NCBI RefSeq assembly: GCF_001194135.2
Contig: NC_068982.1
Coordinates: forward strand, 46,963,854-47,027,853
DNA length: 64,000 nt
Direction of reading: 5' to 3'
DNA from: Octopus bimaculoides
Lineage: Eukaryota
Under the pieces are notes generated by a model. That model worked only from the letters and a program-made list of their open reading frames with translations, was not told the origin of the DNA and did no database searches. Both the position numbers and the translations under genes were made by a program. Of the stretch, positions 62,410-64,000 are shown one piece after another (position 1 is the first letter of the stretch; every line of letters starts with the position of its first letter).

Positions 62410-63640
62410 ACTTTTGTTACTAAATTCATGAAGATAGTTTATTGTGTACAAGAGGGACATACTGTGTATATTTTAATGCTATACAAGCAGCACTCTTGTT
62501 ATCTGCTTCTCATCTCCATTTTTATATTATTAAAGAACTGAGAACAATATGCTACATGAATACTTTGATGAGGAAATGGTCAGGAGTGCTTTTGCAAGAA
62601 TCTTAAAGAGCATCAAAATTTTCAGAAATGTAATTCTACTCTCAAGATGTCCACAGCCAGAATACTTATTTAACTTCACTTCGTATTCAATTTATCGTAA
62701 ATCATCTCTAAGGGTAATGAAATTTTACTTCCAAATAGGATTGGGTTGGAAGTCAACTAAATGCATTTCTAAATCTCTTAAATCCAGCCACTCAAAAGCA
62801 CCTAATTTAAGAACTGTGAAAGCTGATTCATCAGGATATTGTATAAATTATAAATTGTATTGCTTCCTTTAACTCACAAGCTGCACAAATCTAGAAGAAA
62901 ACTGTTTAGTCATGACCCTTACAATATTTATAAACTATTTTGTATTTTGTTTCTTATTCTTACAACTGGTTTCTTCATCTTTGGAAAGACCTCCCAGCTT
63001 CTTTTTTCTAAATCTCTTAGAAATATATCAAGTTTATTTTCAAAACTCTTGATCAAACAAAACGCTGCAACAGTAAATTTCTTTGAAGTAATATTAAGTT
63101 CATGCAGAGGATATGAAAAATCTGTGGAAACCATAAGTGTACAGAGCCAAACAAAATCATTTAGTTGAGAAAAAATCAGACCCTGTGATTCTTGTATCTA
63201 AAAACAGACTCAAACTGTTTAGTCATGACCCTTACAGTATTTATAAACTATTTTGTATTTTGTTGCTTATTCTTACAGCTGGTTTCTTCAGAAAATTTCT
63301 TCATCTTTGGAAAGACTTCCCAGCTTCTTTTTTGTAAATCACTTTCAAATATGCCAAGCTTATTCTCAAAACTCTTGATCAAATAAAACACTACAACAAT
63401 AAATTTCTTTGAAGTAATATTAAGTTCATGCAGATAATATGAAAAATCTGTGGAAACCATAAGTGTACTGAGCCAAACAAAATCATTTAGCTGAGAAAAA
63501 TCAAACCCTATGATTCTCATATCTAAAAACAGTCTCAACTCACCTAAACATCCAGCAAACTGTCCAAGTCTATGACTACCCAACCACTTGTAAATACCAG
63601 GATTGATCAACCTATATTTAGGGTGACTAGAAGAGATAAT
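62410..63640 (-). pseudogene. hAT transposase remnant (Buster/SPIN/EPM2AIP1-like) with 313-bp internal duplication
   Basis: KWLG...CLGELRLFL, WLSTLMVSTDF..LHELN, IKSFENKL..F, FEWLDLRDLEMHLVDFQ and ALLTISSSKYSC motifs. Confidence 0.75.
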
Positions 63641-63683
63641 AATTGTTCAAACTATTAACCTCATCTTAAGACCCAAACCATAT

Positions 63684-63860
63684 TTAACCCTTTAACATTC
63701 AGATAACTAGGTCCAATGTAAAGTACTTTTCTTCTCATTCTTTTGAATTAATCATGCATTATCTCCCAACGTTAAGCTTTTGATGATGTGATTCTTTATT
63801 TTTACAATGATACTACCGAATAGGTATGAAAGGTTGGATCTAGTCTGTTTGAGCACAAAA
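63684..63860 (+). mobile_element. Possible piggyBac-type MITE left end
   Basis: TTAA|CCCTTTAACATTC start; the partner end is not seen. Confidence 0.35.
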
Positions 63861-64000
63861 CATAGAATAGTTGAGCCTGATATGATTAGTGAGCATTACA
63901 TTTGTAGTTTAACAAGGCTACTAATGGATTCATATAAAAAAAAAAATTTCTCAACAATTACCAAGCCTGCCACATGGAAAAGTTGGTACTCATCTCCATT

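Overview
This is AT-rich eukaryotic intronic or intergenic DNA, most likely from an octopus (coleoid cephalopod). That assignment is an inference from the SINE/RTE repertoire and microsatellite density, not a database match. About 3.9 kb is N in 11 gaps, nearly all flanked by microsatellites, so the long ORFs in the supplied track are artefacts. There is no intact gene, CRISPR array or prokaryotic system. The window is a layered transposon graveyard. It holds many 5'-truncated RTE LINE tails (a few identical over 88 nt, so young), three tRNA-derived SINE families, hAT MITEs with 8-bp TSDs, and mariner, Tc1 and maT fragments. It also holds a fossil R4/Dong-like LINE chopped up by later insertions, plus Helitron, CRE-like and Buster/EPM2AIP1-like hAT remnants. 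One acidic minus-strand segment (5868-6130) looks like a genuine host exon. The most interesting signals are several decayed minimal hammerhead-ribozyme-like cores (best at 44508-44542), two of them sharing an unusual C/A-flanked stem II, and several long fold-back palindromes. Both suggest Penelope-like terminal repeats. All assignments were made by eye, and SINE/LINE boundaries are approximate (+/-20 nt) unless a TSD is cited.
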